The notes under the pieces: model-generated
The model's input: only the letters and a program-made list of their open reading frames with translations
Database searches by the model: none
What the model was told of the DNA's origin: nothing
In this document: positions 20,549-29,221 of the stretch, one piece after another
How positions within the stretch are numbered: position 1 is the stretch's first letter
How the letters are laid out: every line of letters starts with the position of its first letter
NCBI GenBank assembly: GCA_040373665.1
Contig: JBEICA010000003.1
Span: forward strand, 1 to 41,083
Source of the DNA: Burkholderiales bacterium
GTDB lineage: Bacteria; Pseudomonadota; Gammaproteobacteria; Burkholderiales; Ga0077523
Reading direction: 5' to 3'
Length of the DNA stretch: 41,083 bases
Position numbers and translations under genes: made by a program

Positions 20549-20675
20549 GTCGGGCCTCGCGTCGACAGCGATCAGAGCAATAGAGCACGGTGTCCCAGTT
20601 GTTGCGCCAGCGCTTGCGCCACGTCATCGGGCGGCGGCACCAGGCGCATGGGCGACTGTCGAGGATGCGCTTCAT
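20538..20675 (-). CDS. DUF2256-like small Cys protein (45 aa)
   Basis: Below the ORF-track cutoff. Manual translation MKRILDSRPCAWCRRPMTWRKRWRNNWDTVLYCSDRCRREARRGR*; stop overlaps the photolyase start. Confidence 0.88.
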   Translation of the reverse strand: MKRILDSRPCAWCRRPMTWRKRWRNNWDTVLYCSDRCRREARRGR

Positions 20676-20727
20676 GAACGCTGCGGCCCGGGGTGACGAC
20701 CGCGCCCCGGGCCGCTGCTCCGATCGC

Positions 20728-21675
20728 TCAGGCGGCGGGACGGGCGGCGCGCCAGGCGCTGACCAGGGCGCTGATGCCCTCCAGGCCGGTCACGAACTCC
20801 ACGCCGTCGATGGCGCGGCGGAGGCGGCTGATGCAGCCGCCTCCCGCCCAGATGTCGACTTCGCGGGGAAGAATGGCGCGCAGTTCACGCAGCCCGGAGG
20901 CTGCCTGACGCTCGGGAAAGGCGCCACTGAAGGACAGTGCCACGACGTTGATGCGATGTGCCACGGCTGCGCGCGCGATCTCGGTCGACGGTGTCTGCAC
21001 CCCCAACGGAATGCAGCACACTCCCTCGACAACCAGCATCGCCTCGACCATGAGCAGACCGAGATTGTGCGGTTCGGTGGGGAAGGTGGTCAGCAGCACC
21101 CGCGGGCCGCGGGAGTGCGCCTGCGAGGCGGCGATGGCATTGCGCAGAATGCTCTGCACCTGCTCCGTGTAGAGGTGTTCCTCGAACACCGCGAACTCGC
21201 CGCGCACCCATGCTTCCCCGACGGCCACCGACAGCGGGGCCACTGTTTCACAGACGAAGCGCTGAAGGCCCTGCTTCATGAGGAGCTGACTCAGGCGCTG
21301 GCGGAATTCGGGAAGCTGGTGGTTGCGCACCAGTTGAAGGATGTCGTCGAGCTCCTCATCGCGCCGGTCCGGCGCCGGTCCGGCGCTGCCCAGCGCGTCG
21401 AGGTCCTCCATCGACAGGCCGATGATCTTGCCGGGTCGGAACCCGCGATCCATCAGGCGCTTGATGACCCGGAGTCGTGCAACCTGGTCGGGCGGATAGA
21501 TCCGCTCGCCGTGCATGTCGCGCAGGGGGCTTGGAAAGTTGTAGCGGCGTTCCCACATCCGCAACACGTCCTTGGACAGGCCGGTGTCCCGTTCCACTGC
21601 GCTGATGCTGAGCAGGCTGAGCCTGTCGGTGGAAAGGCGATTCTCATCCAATGAGCCACCGCCAACCTTGTCCAT
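20728..21675 (-). CDS. MerR-family cobalamin-binding photoreceptor/repressor (CarH/LitR-like)
   Basis: MerR HTH (SISAVERDTG...LRMWERRY), W-x9-EH (WVRGEFAVFEEH), ExHxxG (EPHNLG), VALS and WAGG. Start uncertain: ATG 21675 or TTG 21651. Confidence 0.9.
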   Translation of the reverse strand: MDKVGGGSLDENRLSTDRLSLLSISAVERDTGLSKDVLRMWERRYNFPSPLRDMHGERIYPPDQVARLRVIKRLMDRGFRPGKIIGLSMEDLDALGSAGPAPDRRDEELDDILQLVRNHQLPEFRQRLSQLLMKQGLQRFVCETVAPLSVAVGEAWVRGEFAVFEEHLYTEQVQSILRNAIAASQAHSRGPRVLLTTFPTEPHNLGLLMVEAMLVVEGVCCIPLGVQTPSTEIARAAVAHRINVVALSFSGAFPERQAASGLRELRAILPREVDIWAGGGCISRLRRAIDGVEFVTGLEGISALVSAWRAARPAA

Positions 21676-21735
21676 GGTGCTGTCGATCTTGTCCGCTCTC
21701 ACGGCCGTGTCTCCGTCGATCCAGTACAAGGATAA

Positions 21736-21781
21736 TTGTCCTGGACAAATTGTTGACATGCCCAGAATGCGGCCGTATTGT
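21736..21781 (+). promoter_or_regulatory. Sigma70-like promoter overlapped by candidate CarH/LitR operator
   Basis: TTGACA (21753-58), 17 bp, TATTGT (21776-81); TGGACA and TTGACA 11 bp apart; inverted repeat TTGTCC-T-GGACAA (21736-48). Confidence 0.65.
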
Positions 21782-21824
21782 AGAACTCAGAACGCGGATT
21801 GACCAAGACAAAAATGGGGCTCAC

Positions 21825-22154
21825 ATGAAGAAGTCGCGATTCTCCGGGATTTGGGTGGCGGTTTCCCTGGCCGCCGGGGTGGTGATCGGAGCCGTGTCCA
21901 TGCCGGCCGTCTCGGCGGAAGCGGGCCTCGTGAATGTCGCGCGATCGCAGGACCTGCACATCGAGCGGACCTGGTCGGACAGCCTGCCGTCGCGGGAGTC
22001 CAGGCCGACAGCCCCACCGGAGGCCGGGATCGTCAGCGCGCTGGACGAGGATGAGGACGTGCAGCGCTACGTGCAGATGCACGAGGACACCCTCGACTCT
22101 CCGCTGAAGTCCTTTCTGCTTCCCTGGTCGACCCTGCAGCAGATCGCGAACTGA
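21825..22154 (+). CDS. Hypothetical secreted/membrane-anchored protein (109 aa)
   Basis: MKKSRF plus hydrophobic helix and AxA-like cleavage; lies just downstream of the predicted promoter. Confidence 0.65.
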   Translation: MKKSRFSGIWVAVSLAAGVVIGAVSMPAVSAEAGLVNVARSQDLHIERTWSDSLPSRESRPTAPPEAGIVSALDEDEDVQRYVQMHEDTLDSPLKSFLLPWSTLQQIAN

Positions 22155-22162
22155 GCCCCTTT

Positions 22163-22226
22163 TCAGACCGCAGGCAAGACTCCCCTCACCCGCGCGCCAC
22201 CCCCGCGCGGATCGCCTGCGGTCTGA
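22163..22226. repeat. Nested inverted repeat (RNA stem-loop)
   Basis: TCAGACCGCAGGC (22163-75) pairs with GCCTGCGGTCTGA (22214-26); inner CCGCGCG/CGCGCGG (22190-22210). Confidence 0.75.
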
Positions 22227-22391
22227 TCCCCTCTGGCATCACACACACGGTACCATCGGCAGCGCCTCGTGTGCCCGCGGGAACGGCCGGCAGCATGACG
22301 GCATCACCACACAGTCGCCGGCATCAGCGGTCTTCGACGCGTCTTCAGGGTCGGCGGCGCCGGCGGGAATGATCGACACTCCTGGAGTCCT

Positions 22392-23669
22392 GTGAAAAGA
22401 ATCGCGGTGGTGGGGGCCGGCATATCCGGTCTGGCGACGGCATGGTTGCTCTCGCGTCGGTACGAGGTGACGCTTTTCGAGGCGGCGTCCTACGCCGGCG
22501 GGCACACCAACACGGTGGATGTCACGGTGGACGGGACCTCGTTTCCCGTCGACACAGGCTTCCTCGTTTTCAACGACAGGACGTACCCGAACCTCTGCCG
22601 CTTGTTCGAGACGCTTGGCGTGTCCTCGGTCGAGAGCGACATGTCGTTCTCCGTGCGCATCGATGAAGAGCAACTGGAGTGGGCGGGCAGTACGCTGGCG
22701 ACCGTGTTCGCCCAGAAGCGCAACCTGGTCAAGCCCGGCTTCTGGCGCATGCTCACCGACATCCTCCGTTTCAACGGTGAGGCCACGGCTGCGGTGCAAT
22801 CGGGCCGGAGTCTCGAGGGATCCATCGGGGAGTATCTCGACCGTGGCGGTTACGGCCGTCAGTTCCGGGACTGGTACCTCCTGCCCATGAGCGCGGCGAT
22901 CTGGTCCTGCCCGACCGCAGCGATGCTGGATTACCCGGCCGAGACCTTCCTGCGCTTCTGTCACAACCACGGACTGCTCCGCGTCGCAGGCAGGCCGAAG
23001 TGGCGCACCGTCGCCGGGGGCGGTCGCGAGTACGTGCGCCGCATGCTCCAGGACCTGGGCGACGTGCGCCTGGACGCATCGGTCCAGGGCGTGATCCGCA
23101 CACCCGACGGAGTCGCCTTGCGCACCCGGACCGGCGTCGAGCGTTTCGATGAAGCGGTGCTCGCGACCCACGGCGACCGCTCTCTTGCCATGCTTGAAGA
23201 CGCCGACCCGGCGGAGCGAGACATCCTGGGTGCGGTCCGATACCAGGACAACGTGGCTTTGCTGCACACTGACGAATCGCTGCTGCCGCGCGCGAGAGAG
23301 GCCTGGTCGGCCTGGAACTACCTGTCGGGTCCGGCGGCGGCCAGTGGCCGCCCGGTGTCCGTGAGTTACCTGATCAACAAGCTGCAGCCCCTGCCCTGCG
23401 AACGGCCGGTGATCGTGACGCTCAACCCGGTGCGCGAACCCCGGCGCGAGCATCTTGTCCGAGCCTTCCGATACGAGCACCCGGTATTCGATGGGCCGGC
23501 GCTTCAGGCGCAGACGCGGCTCGGCCACATACAGGGGCGCAGGGGTGTCTGGTTCTGCGGTGCGTGGACCGGGTACGGGTTTCACGAGGATGGGTTGAAA
23601 TCGGCGATCGCGGTCGCCAACGGCATGGGGGTGAGGGCACCTTGGCAGCCGGAGACGGTAGCGGTGTAG
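22392..23669 (+). CDS. FAD-dependent oxidoreductase, UfaD-like fatty-acyl desaturase
   Basis: GAGISG Rossmann motif, VDTGFLVFNDRTYPN, AWSAWNY and GYGFHEDG; precedes DUF1365 and a cfa-like gene. Confidence 0.88.
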   Translation: MKRIAVVGAGISGLATAWLLSRRYEVTLFEAASYAGGHTNTVDVTVDGTSFPVDTGFLVFNDRTYPNLCRLFETLGVSSVESDMSFSVRIDEEQLEWAGSTLATVFAQKRNLVKPGFWRMLTDILRFNGEATAAVQSGRSLEGSIGEYLDRGGYGRQFRDWYLLPMSAAIWSCPTAAMLDYPAETFLRFCHNHGLLRVAGRPKWRTVAGGGREYVRRMLQDLGDVRLDASVQGVIRTPDGVALRTRTGVERFDEAVLATHGDRSLAMLEDADPAERDILGAVRYQDNVALLHTDESLLPRAREAWSAWNYLSGPAAASGRPVSVSYLINKLQPLPCERPVIVTLNPVREPRREHLVRAFRYEHPVFDGPALQAQTRLGHIQGRRGVWFCGAWTGYGFHEDGLKSAIAVANGMGVRAPWQPETVAV

Positions 23670-24427
23670 GGACCGCCCTGCTGTTCCGTGGACGGGTGAT
23701 GCACGCGCGCCTGCGGCCGCGGCGCCACGTGTTCTCGTACCGCGTTTTCTTTCTGCGATTCCGGGTCGATGCCATGGACCGGCTGGCCTGTCCTTTCCTC
23801 TCCGTGGACGGATTCAATCTCGTCAGCATTCACCGTCGCGACCATGGTCCACGGGACGGCAGCGACCTGATGGACTGGATCCGAGGCCTCCTGGAACGCG
23901 AGGGGTGCGGTTTCGCCGACGGAGAGATCTGGCTGCAGACCTTTCCGCGAGTGCTCGGCTACGTCTTCAACCCGGTCAGTTTCTGGCTGTGTCACGACCG
24001 GGAGGGTCGCCTGCGCGCCGTGTTGTGCGAGGTCAACAACACGTTTGGCGAACACCACAATTATCTGCTGGCTCATGCGGATGGGAGCCCCATCCGGACC
24101 GACGATGTGATGCAGGCACGGAAGATCTTCCACGTGTCGCCATTCTTTCCGGTCTCGGGGCGCTACAGCTTCCGCTTCGCCCCTGCCAGGGAGTCCTCGG
24201 TGTTCCGCATAGACTACGAGGACGACGAGGGTAAACTCCTGCTCACGTCGGTGTCCGGCCAGGGTGAATCCCTGCGCGCCGCCGCCCTGCTGCGTTGCTT
24301 TTTCGCCCACCCCTGGATGACGGTGCTCGTGATCGTCCGGATCCACTGGCAGGCGCTCAGGCTGTGGCGCAAGGGCATCCCATTCTTTTCCAAGCCTGTG
24401 CCGCCGACGCAGGAGACCTCGCGATGA
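23642..24427 (+). CDS. DUF1365 protein, UfaO-like
   Basis: GRVMHAR, PRVLGYVFNPVSF, EVNNTFGE, FHVSPFF and IHWQALRLW motifs; start uncertain. Confidence 0.9.
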   Translation: MAAGDGSGVGTALLFRGRVMHARLRPRRHVFSYRVFFLRFRVDAMDRLACPFLSVDGFNLVSIHRRDHGPRDGSDLMDWIRGLLEREGCGFADGEIWLQTFPRVLGYVFNPVSFWLCHDREGRLRAVLCEVNNTFGEHHNYLLAHADGSPIRTDDVMQARKIFHVSPFFPVSGRYSFRFAPARESSVFRIDYEDDEGKLLLTSVSGQGESLRAAALLRCFFAHPWMTVLVIVRIHWQALRLWRKGIPFFSKPVPPTQETSR

Positions 24428-25650
24428 AACTCGACGACATGCCAGCCGTTTCCCCGTCCATCGCGGTGCAGCCCCAGTCGCGGGCGGCCCGCATGTTCCT
24501 GCGGCTTCTCGGGCACCTGCGGGTGGGCCGCGTCGACCTGATCCTGCCGGACGGCTCCGCTCAGGCCTTCGACAGCGGCCGGGCCGGGCCGCACGCCATG
24601 CTCAGGTTGTCGGACTGGCGGGTGCTCGACGACCTGCTCCGCAGTGGCGACATCGGTTTCGCCGAGGCCTACATCGACGGACGCTGGGATACACCGGATC
24701 TCGCCGTGCTGTTGACCGTGGCTGCGGCCAACTACAACGAGCTCGAGCGCGCCATCCACGGGCGGGTCTGGGGCTGGATCGCCTACCGCGTCCGTCACCT
24801 CATGCGTGCCAACCGGAAGGCGCAGGCACGGCGCAACATCCAGGCCCACTACGACCTCGGCAATGCCTTCTATGCCTTGTGGCTCGACCCGACCATGACC
24901 TACTCGTCGGCGCTGTTCGGTACCGCGCCGGACCTCGGTCTGGAAGCCGCGCAGGCCGCCAAGTACGAGCGCATCTGCGCACGTCTGGACATACGCCCGG
25001 GGGATCGGGTGCTCGAGGTCGGTTGCGGCTGGGGCGGGTTCGCAGAGCATGCCATCCGTACCCGCGGCTGCCGCGTGGACGGCGTGACGCTGTCGTCAGA
25101 GCAGCTCGTCTACGCCCGCGAGCGTCTTGCGGGCGCCGGTCTGGCCGGACAGGCCGATTTCCAGCTCCGCGACTACCGCGACGTCCGCGGGGAATACGAC
25201 CATGTCGTCTCGATCGAGATGTTCGAGGCGGTGGGCGAGGGCTACTGGCCGGCGTATTTCGACGCGGTGCGCAAGGCCTTGCGCCGCGGCGGGCGGGCGC
25301 TGGTCCAGACGATCACCATCGACGATCGTCTGTTCCCGCGCTATCGCCGAGGCACGGATTTCATTCAGCAATACATTTTCCCCGGCGGCATGCTGCCCTC
25401 GCCGCGGGTGTTCGCCGAGCAGGCTGGCCGGCGTGGCCTTCGGCTGGGCGACACCCTGGCCTTTGGTGCCGACTACGCGGAAACGCTTCGCCGCTGGCGC
25501 CAGCGTTTCAACCGCTGTGTCGGCGAACTCAACGCCATGGGTTTCGACAATCGTTTCATCCGTTTGTGGAATTTCTATCTCGCCTACTGCGAGGCCGGGT
25601 TCCGCGCTGGCAACATCGATGTCATGCAACTGGAGCTCATCCGTGACTAG
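24424..25650 (+). CDS. Cyclopropane-fatty-acyl-phospholipid synthase family SAM methyltransferase (UfaM-like)
   Basis: HYDLGN, MTYSSA, LEVGCGWG, SIEMFEAVG, YIFPGG and YLAYCEAGF motifs. Confidence 0.93.
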   Translation: MKLDDMPAVSPSIAVQPQSRAARMFLRLLGHLRVGRVDLILPDGSAQAFDSGRAGPHAMLRLSDWRVLDDLLRSGDIGFAEAYIDGRWDTPDLAVLLTVAAANYNELERAIHGRVWGWIAYRVRHLMRANRKAQARRNIQAHYDLGNAFYALWLDPTMTYSSALFGTAPDLGLEAAQAAKYERICARLDIRPGDRVLEVGCGWGGFAEHAIRTRGCRVDGVTLSSEQLVYARERLAGAGLAGQADFQLRDYRDVRGEYDHVVSIEMFEAVGEGYWPAYFDAVRKALRRGGRALVQTITIDDRLFPRYRRGTDFIQQYIFPGGMLPSPRVFAEQAGRRGLRLGDTLAFGADYAETLRRWRQRFNRCVGELNAMGFDNRFIRLWNFYLAYCEAGFRAGNIDVMQLELIRD

Positions 25651-26194
25651 CGTCCTGAGCAGACGCCGGTTCCTGCAGGCCGGGGTCGCCCTGGCCGTAT
25701 GGCCTGCGTTGCCGGCCTGGGGGGGGGCCACACCCGCGTCGGACATCCTGCGAGCGGAACTGCCGGATCTGCGGCTGCTCGGACAGGGGCGGATGCGCTG
25801 GTTCGGCCTGTTGCTCTACGATGCGGCGCTCTGGGTGAGTGGTCCACGCTGGCAGTGGGACCGTCCCTTCGCCCTGGACCTGCGCTATGCGCGCAACTTC
25901 GAGGGCGCCAGGCTGGCAGAGGCCAGCATTGACGAGATCAAGCGCATCGGACTGGGCGGCACACCGCGCCTGGACGCCTGGCGCGAAGCGATGAACCGCG
26001 TTTTTCCGGACGTGCGCAAGGGCGACCACATCACCGGACTCCACAGGCCGGGAGCGGGGGCGGAGTACTACCTCAACGGGCGTTCCACCGGGGTGGTGTC
26101 GGACATCGAGTTCGCGCGCGCCTTCTTCTCCATCTGGCTCGACGAGCGGACGCGGGAGCCGAAGCTCCGGGCGGCGCTGCTGGGCCAGCGTTGA
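25643..26194 (+). CDS. Chalcone-isomerase-fold protein with Tat signal
   Basis: SRRRFL leader, GRMRWFGLLLYDA, FPDVRKGD and FFSIWL motifs. Confidence 0.85.
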   Translation: MTSVLSRRRFLQAGVALAVWPALPAWGGATPASDILRAELPDLRLLGQGRMRWFGLLLYDAALWVSGPRWQWDRPFALDLRYARNFEGARLAEASIDEIKRIGLGGTPRLDAWREAMNRVFPDVRKGDHITGLHRPGAGAEYYLNGRSTGVVSDIEFARAFFSIWLDERTREPKLRAALLGQR

Positions 26195-27504
26195 GCGACA
26201 CCGCCACGACGCACGTCGGCACCCGGGCCTTGCTGTCCTACGCGGCGCTGGCCCTGCCGCTGACCATGGCAGCCCTGCCGGTCTACGTTTACGTGCCCAA
26301 GCTCTATGCGGACGAGCGCGGCCTCGCCCTGGCCACGGTCGGACTGCTCCTGCTCGCGGTGCGGACACTGGATGCGCTGCAGGATCCGCTGCTGGGTTGG
26401 TGGAGTGACCGCGCGGCCACGCGTCCACGCGGGCGCCAGGCGTTCATCGTCGCCGCCGTGGCCTGTCTCGGACTCGGGGTGCTCGGCGTGTTCCGCCCCC
26501 CCGACCTGGCGGGCGGCGCGCTGGCGGCGTGGCTGGCCCTGTGCCTGAGCGTGACCTACCTCGGGTTCAGCCTGGGCTCGATCAACTACTTCGCCATCGG
26601 CGCCGAGTTGTCGGTCGATTACCACGAGCGCACACGCGTGACGGCCGCGAGAAGCGCCCTCGGCATTGTCGGCGTCCTCACGGCCGCCGCCCTGCCGGAG
26701 GTGCTGGCGGGCGACCGTGGTCTTGCGAAGGGCCTCGCGGATTTCGGGCTGCTGTACGTGCCGGTGCTGCTGCTGTGCGCCTGGGCCACGCTCGCGGGGC
26801 CCGCACCACAGGCGGCGCCGGCCCGTGGCCACACGCTGGCGGAGGTGTTCACTCCGCTCGGCAATGCGCGCTTTCGCCGACTGCTGGTCGTGTTCCTCGC
26901 CAGTGGTGTCGCGTCGGCCATACCGGCCACCCTGGTGCTGTTCTTCGTGCAGGACGTTCTGGGCCGGCCGGACCTGAACGGGATCTTCCTCGCCCTTTAC
27001 TTCGCCTTCGGCGCGCTCGGCATGCCCGTGTGGGTGGGGCTGTCGCGCCGCGTCGGCAAGAAGGCGTCGTGGCTGGCCGGCATGGTGATGAGCATTCTCG
27101 CCTTCGTCTGGGCGTTCCTGCTGGGCCCGGGTGAGGTGGTGGCCTTCGGCATGGTGTGCGCGCTGTCCGGCATCGCCTACGGCGCCGAACTCGCTCTGCC
27201 CGCCTCCCTGCTGGCCGATCTGGCGGATGAGGACGGCAGCGGACCCGGCGGGCGGCAGGGCGCCTATTTCGGTTTCTGGCAGTTGGTGGAGAAACTCAAC
27301 CTCGCGCTGGCGGCGGGGCTCGCGCTGCCGCTGCTCGGCTGGGCCGGATACCAGCCCGGCACGCCGCAGGCCCAGGGAGGCGACCTCTCTGCCATGTATG
27401 CCCTGGTGCCCTGCATGCTCAAGACCATCGCCCTCTGGGCGCTGTGGCGTGCGCCGCTCGACCGGCGCGCCGCGACGCCTCACACGGATCGGAGGACCTC
27501 ATGA
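26191..27504 (+). CDS. MFS transporter, GPH/MelB-like
   Basis: DALQDPLLGWWSDR, GAELSVDYHERTR and GAYFGFW motifs; about 12 hydrophobic segments. Confidence 0.9.
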   Translation: MSDTATTHVGTRALLSYAALALPLTMAALPVYVYVPKLYADERGLALATVGLLLLAVRTLDALQDPLLGWWSDRAATRPRGRQAFIVAAVACLGLGVLGVFRPPDLAGGALAAWLALCLSVTYLGFSLGSINYFAIGAELSVDYHERTRVTAARSALGIVGVLTAAALPEVLAGDRGLAKGLADFGLLYVPVLLLCAWATLAGPAPQAAPARGHTLAEVFTPLGNARFRRLLVVFLASGVASAIPATLVLFFVQDVLGRPDLNGIFLALYFAFGALGMPVWVGLSRRVGKKASWLAGMVMSILAFVWAFLLGPGEVVAFGMVCALSGIAYGAELALPASLLADLADEDGSGPGGRQGAYFGFWQLVEKLNLALAAGLALPLLGWAGYQPGTPQAQGGDLSAMYALVPCMLKTIALWALWRAPLDRRAATPHTDRRTS

Positions 27505-28028
27505 TGAACAGACGACATTTCCTGTCCGCTACCGCCGCGCTGTCCCTGGCAGGCTGCTCCTCGCCCGGCATCGAGCAGTTCCGCGCCGAGAAACCAGTGC
27601 TCGACCTGCGCCAGTACTTCGATGGCGTGGTCGACGCCTGGGGTGTGGTGCGCAATCGCGACGGCAGCATCTCGCAGCGCTTCACGGTGGAGATCAAGGC
27701 TTCCTGGGAGGGGGATATCGGGACCCTGGACGAGGCCTTCCGCTACTCCGACGGCCGCACCCAGCGGCGCGTATGGACGCTGAAGCGCAACGGCGCGCGC
27801 TACATCGGCACCGCGGCCGACGTCGTCGGGGAGGCGATGGGCGAAACCGCGGGTAACGCCTTCCGCCTGCGTTACGTGCTCGATTTCCCCTGGGGGGATT
27901 CAACCGTACACCTGGATGTGGACGACTGGATGTGGCTGGTGGACGATGCCGTGCTGCTCAACCGCTCGAGCATCAGCAAACTCGGCGTCGAGATCGCACA
28001 GGTGTTCATCAGCTTCAGGAAGCGCTGA
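27501..28028 (+). CDS. DUF3833-family lipoprotein
   Basis: NRRHFL plus lipobox LAGC; LDLRQYFDG, LDEAFRYSDG and DDWMW motifs. Confidence 0.88.
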   Translation: MMNRRHFLSATAALSLAGCSSPGIEQFRAEKPVLDLRQYFDGVVDAWGVVRNRDGSISQRFTVEIKASWEGDIGTLDEAFRYSDGRTQRRVWTLKRNGARYIGTAADVVGEAMGETAGNAFRLRYVLDFPWGDSTVHLDVDDWMWLVDDAVLLNRSSISKLGVEIAQVFISFRKR

Positions 28029-28031
28029 TCC

Positions 28032-28805
28032 ATGGCCATGAACCGCCCCATCCGCGATTGGGCCGGGCGTCGCGTCTGGGTGGTCGGCGCCTCCTCGGGC
28101 ATCGGAGCGGCGCTCGCGGAGGCGCTGGTGGAGGCGGGCGCGCGTGTGGCGGTGTCGGCGCGTCGCGAGGGGGCTCTGGCTGCGCTGGCAGCACGGCGAC
28201 CCGACCAGGTGCTGCCGCTGGCCGTGGACGTCACCGATCCGGTGGCGGTGGGGGAAGCCTGGCAGCGCATCAAGGCCGCCTGGGACGGTCTCGACGTGGT
28301 GTTCTGCGTTGCGGGGGTCTACATGCCCCAGCGGGCGACGGAGTTCGATGCCGGCGTTGCACGCACCCTGTTCGACGTCAACGTCATGGGGGTGGCACAT
28401 GTGCTCGACGCGGTGCTGCCAGGTCTTCGCACAACCCGGGGGCACGTCGTCATCGTTGCCTCCGTGGCCGGCTATCGCGCCCTGCCCAAGGCCCTGTTCT
28501 ACGGTGCAACCAAGGCAGCCCTCATCCACCTTGCCGAGGGGCTGTATCTCGACCTCGCGCCCGAGGGCCTGGGCGTCAGCGTGGTCAACCCGGGCTTCGT
28601 TCGCACGCCGGCAACCGCCGGCAACGAGTTCCGCATGCCGGCGCTGATCGATGCGGAGCAGGCGGCGCGCGAGACCCTGCAAGGCCTGGCACGAGGCGAG
28701 TTCGAGATCCACTACCCCAAGCGCTTCACGCGGTGGCTCAAGCTGATGCGGGTGCTGCCGTACCGCTGGTATTTCCCTCTGGTGCACAGGGCGACAGGGC
28801 TGTGA
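28032..28805 (+). CDS. Short-chain dehydrogenase/reductase
   Basis: GASSGIG, YGATK and NPGFVRTP motifs. Confidence 0.93.
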   Translation: MAMNRPIRDWAGRRVWVVGASSGIGAALAEALVEAGARVAVSARREGALAALAARRPDQVLPLAVDVTDPVAVGEAWQRIKAAWDGLDVVFCVAGVYMPQRATEFDAGVARTLFDVNVMGVAHVLDAVLPGLRTTRGHVVIVASVAGYRALPKALFYGATKAALIHLAEGLYLDLAPEGLGVSVVNPGFVRTPATAGNEFRMPALIDAEQAARETLQGLARGEFEIHYPKRFTRWLKLMRVLPYRWYFPLVHRATGL

Positions 28806-29221
28806 GCGTCGACCGGATCGTGAGTTTCTTCGAGACCCTCGAACCGGCGTCGGTCGCCGCCATGGCCACGATCTACACCGAGGATGCGTACTTCAAGGAT
28901 CCCTTCAACGAAGTGTGCCGGGTGGAGGACATCCAGGCCATCTTCACCCGAATGTTCGAGGCGCTGGAGGGCCCGCGATTCGTGGTCATCAACCGCATCT
29001 GCGAGGGCGACCAGGCCATGCTGGAATGGGACTTCCACTTCCGCATCCGCAGCTTCCGCCCCTCGCACGCCTGGTGCATACACGGCGTGAGCCACCTGCG
29101 CCTGTCGGCGGATGGACGGGTCTGTCATCACCGTGACTTCTGGGACACCGGTGAGGAACTCTACGCGCGGCTTCCCGGCATCGGCGCGGTGGTCCGATTT
29201 CTCCGGCGGAGGATGGCATGA
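28802..29221 (+). CDS. SnoaL/NTF2-like protein
   Basis: YTEDAYFKDPFNEV and HRDFWD motifs; GTG overlaps the SDR stop. Confidence 0.88.
   Translation: MSVDRIVSFFETLEPASVAAMATIYTEDAYFKDPFNEVCRVEDIQAIFTRMFEALEGPRFVVINRICEGDQAMLEWDFHFRIRSFRPSHAWCIHGVSHLRLSADGRVCHHRDFWDTGEELYARLPGIGAVVRFLRRRMA

Noticed and set aside
22155-22391. Cobalamin riboswitch near the B12-binding regulator
   Set aside because: The conserved GGGAA...CCGGTG and B12-box elements were not found by eye; an Rfam scan would settle it.
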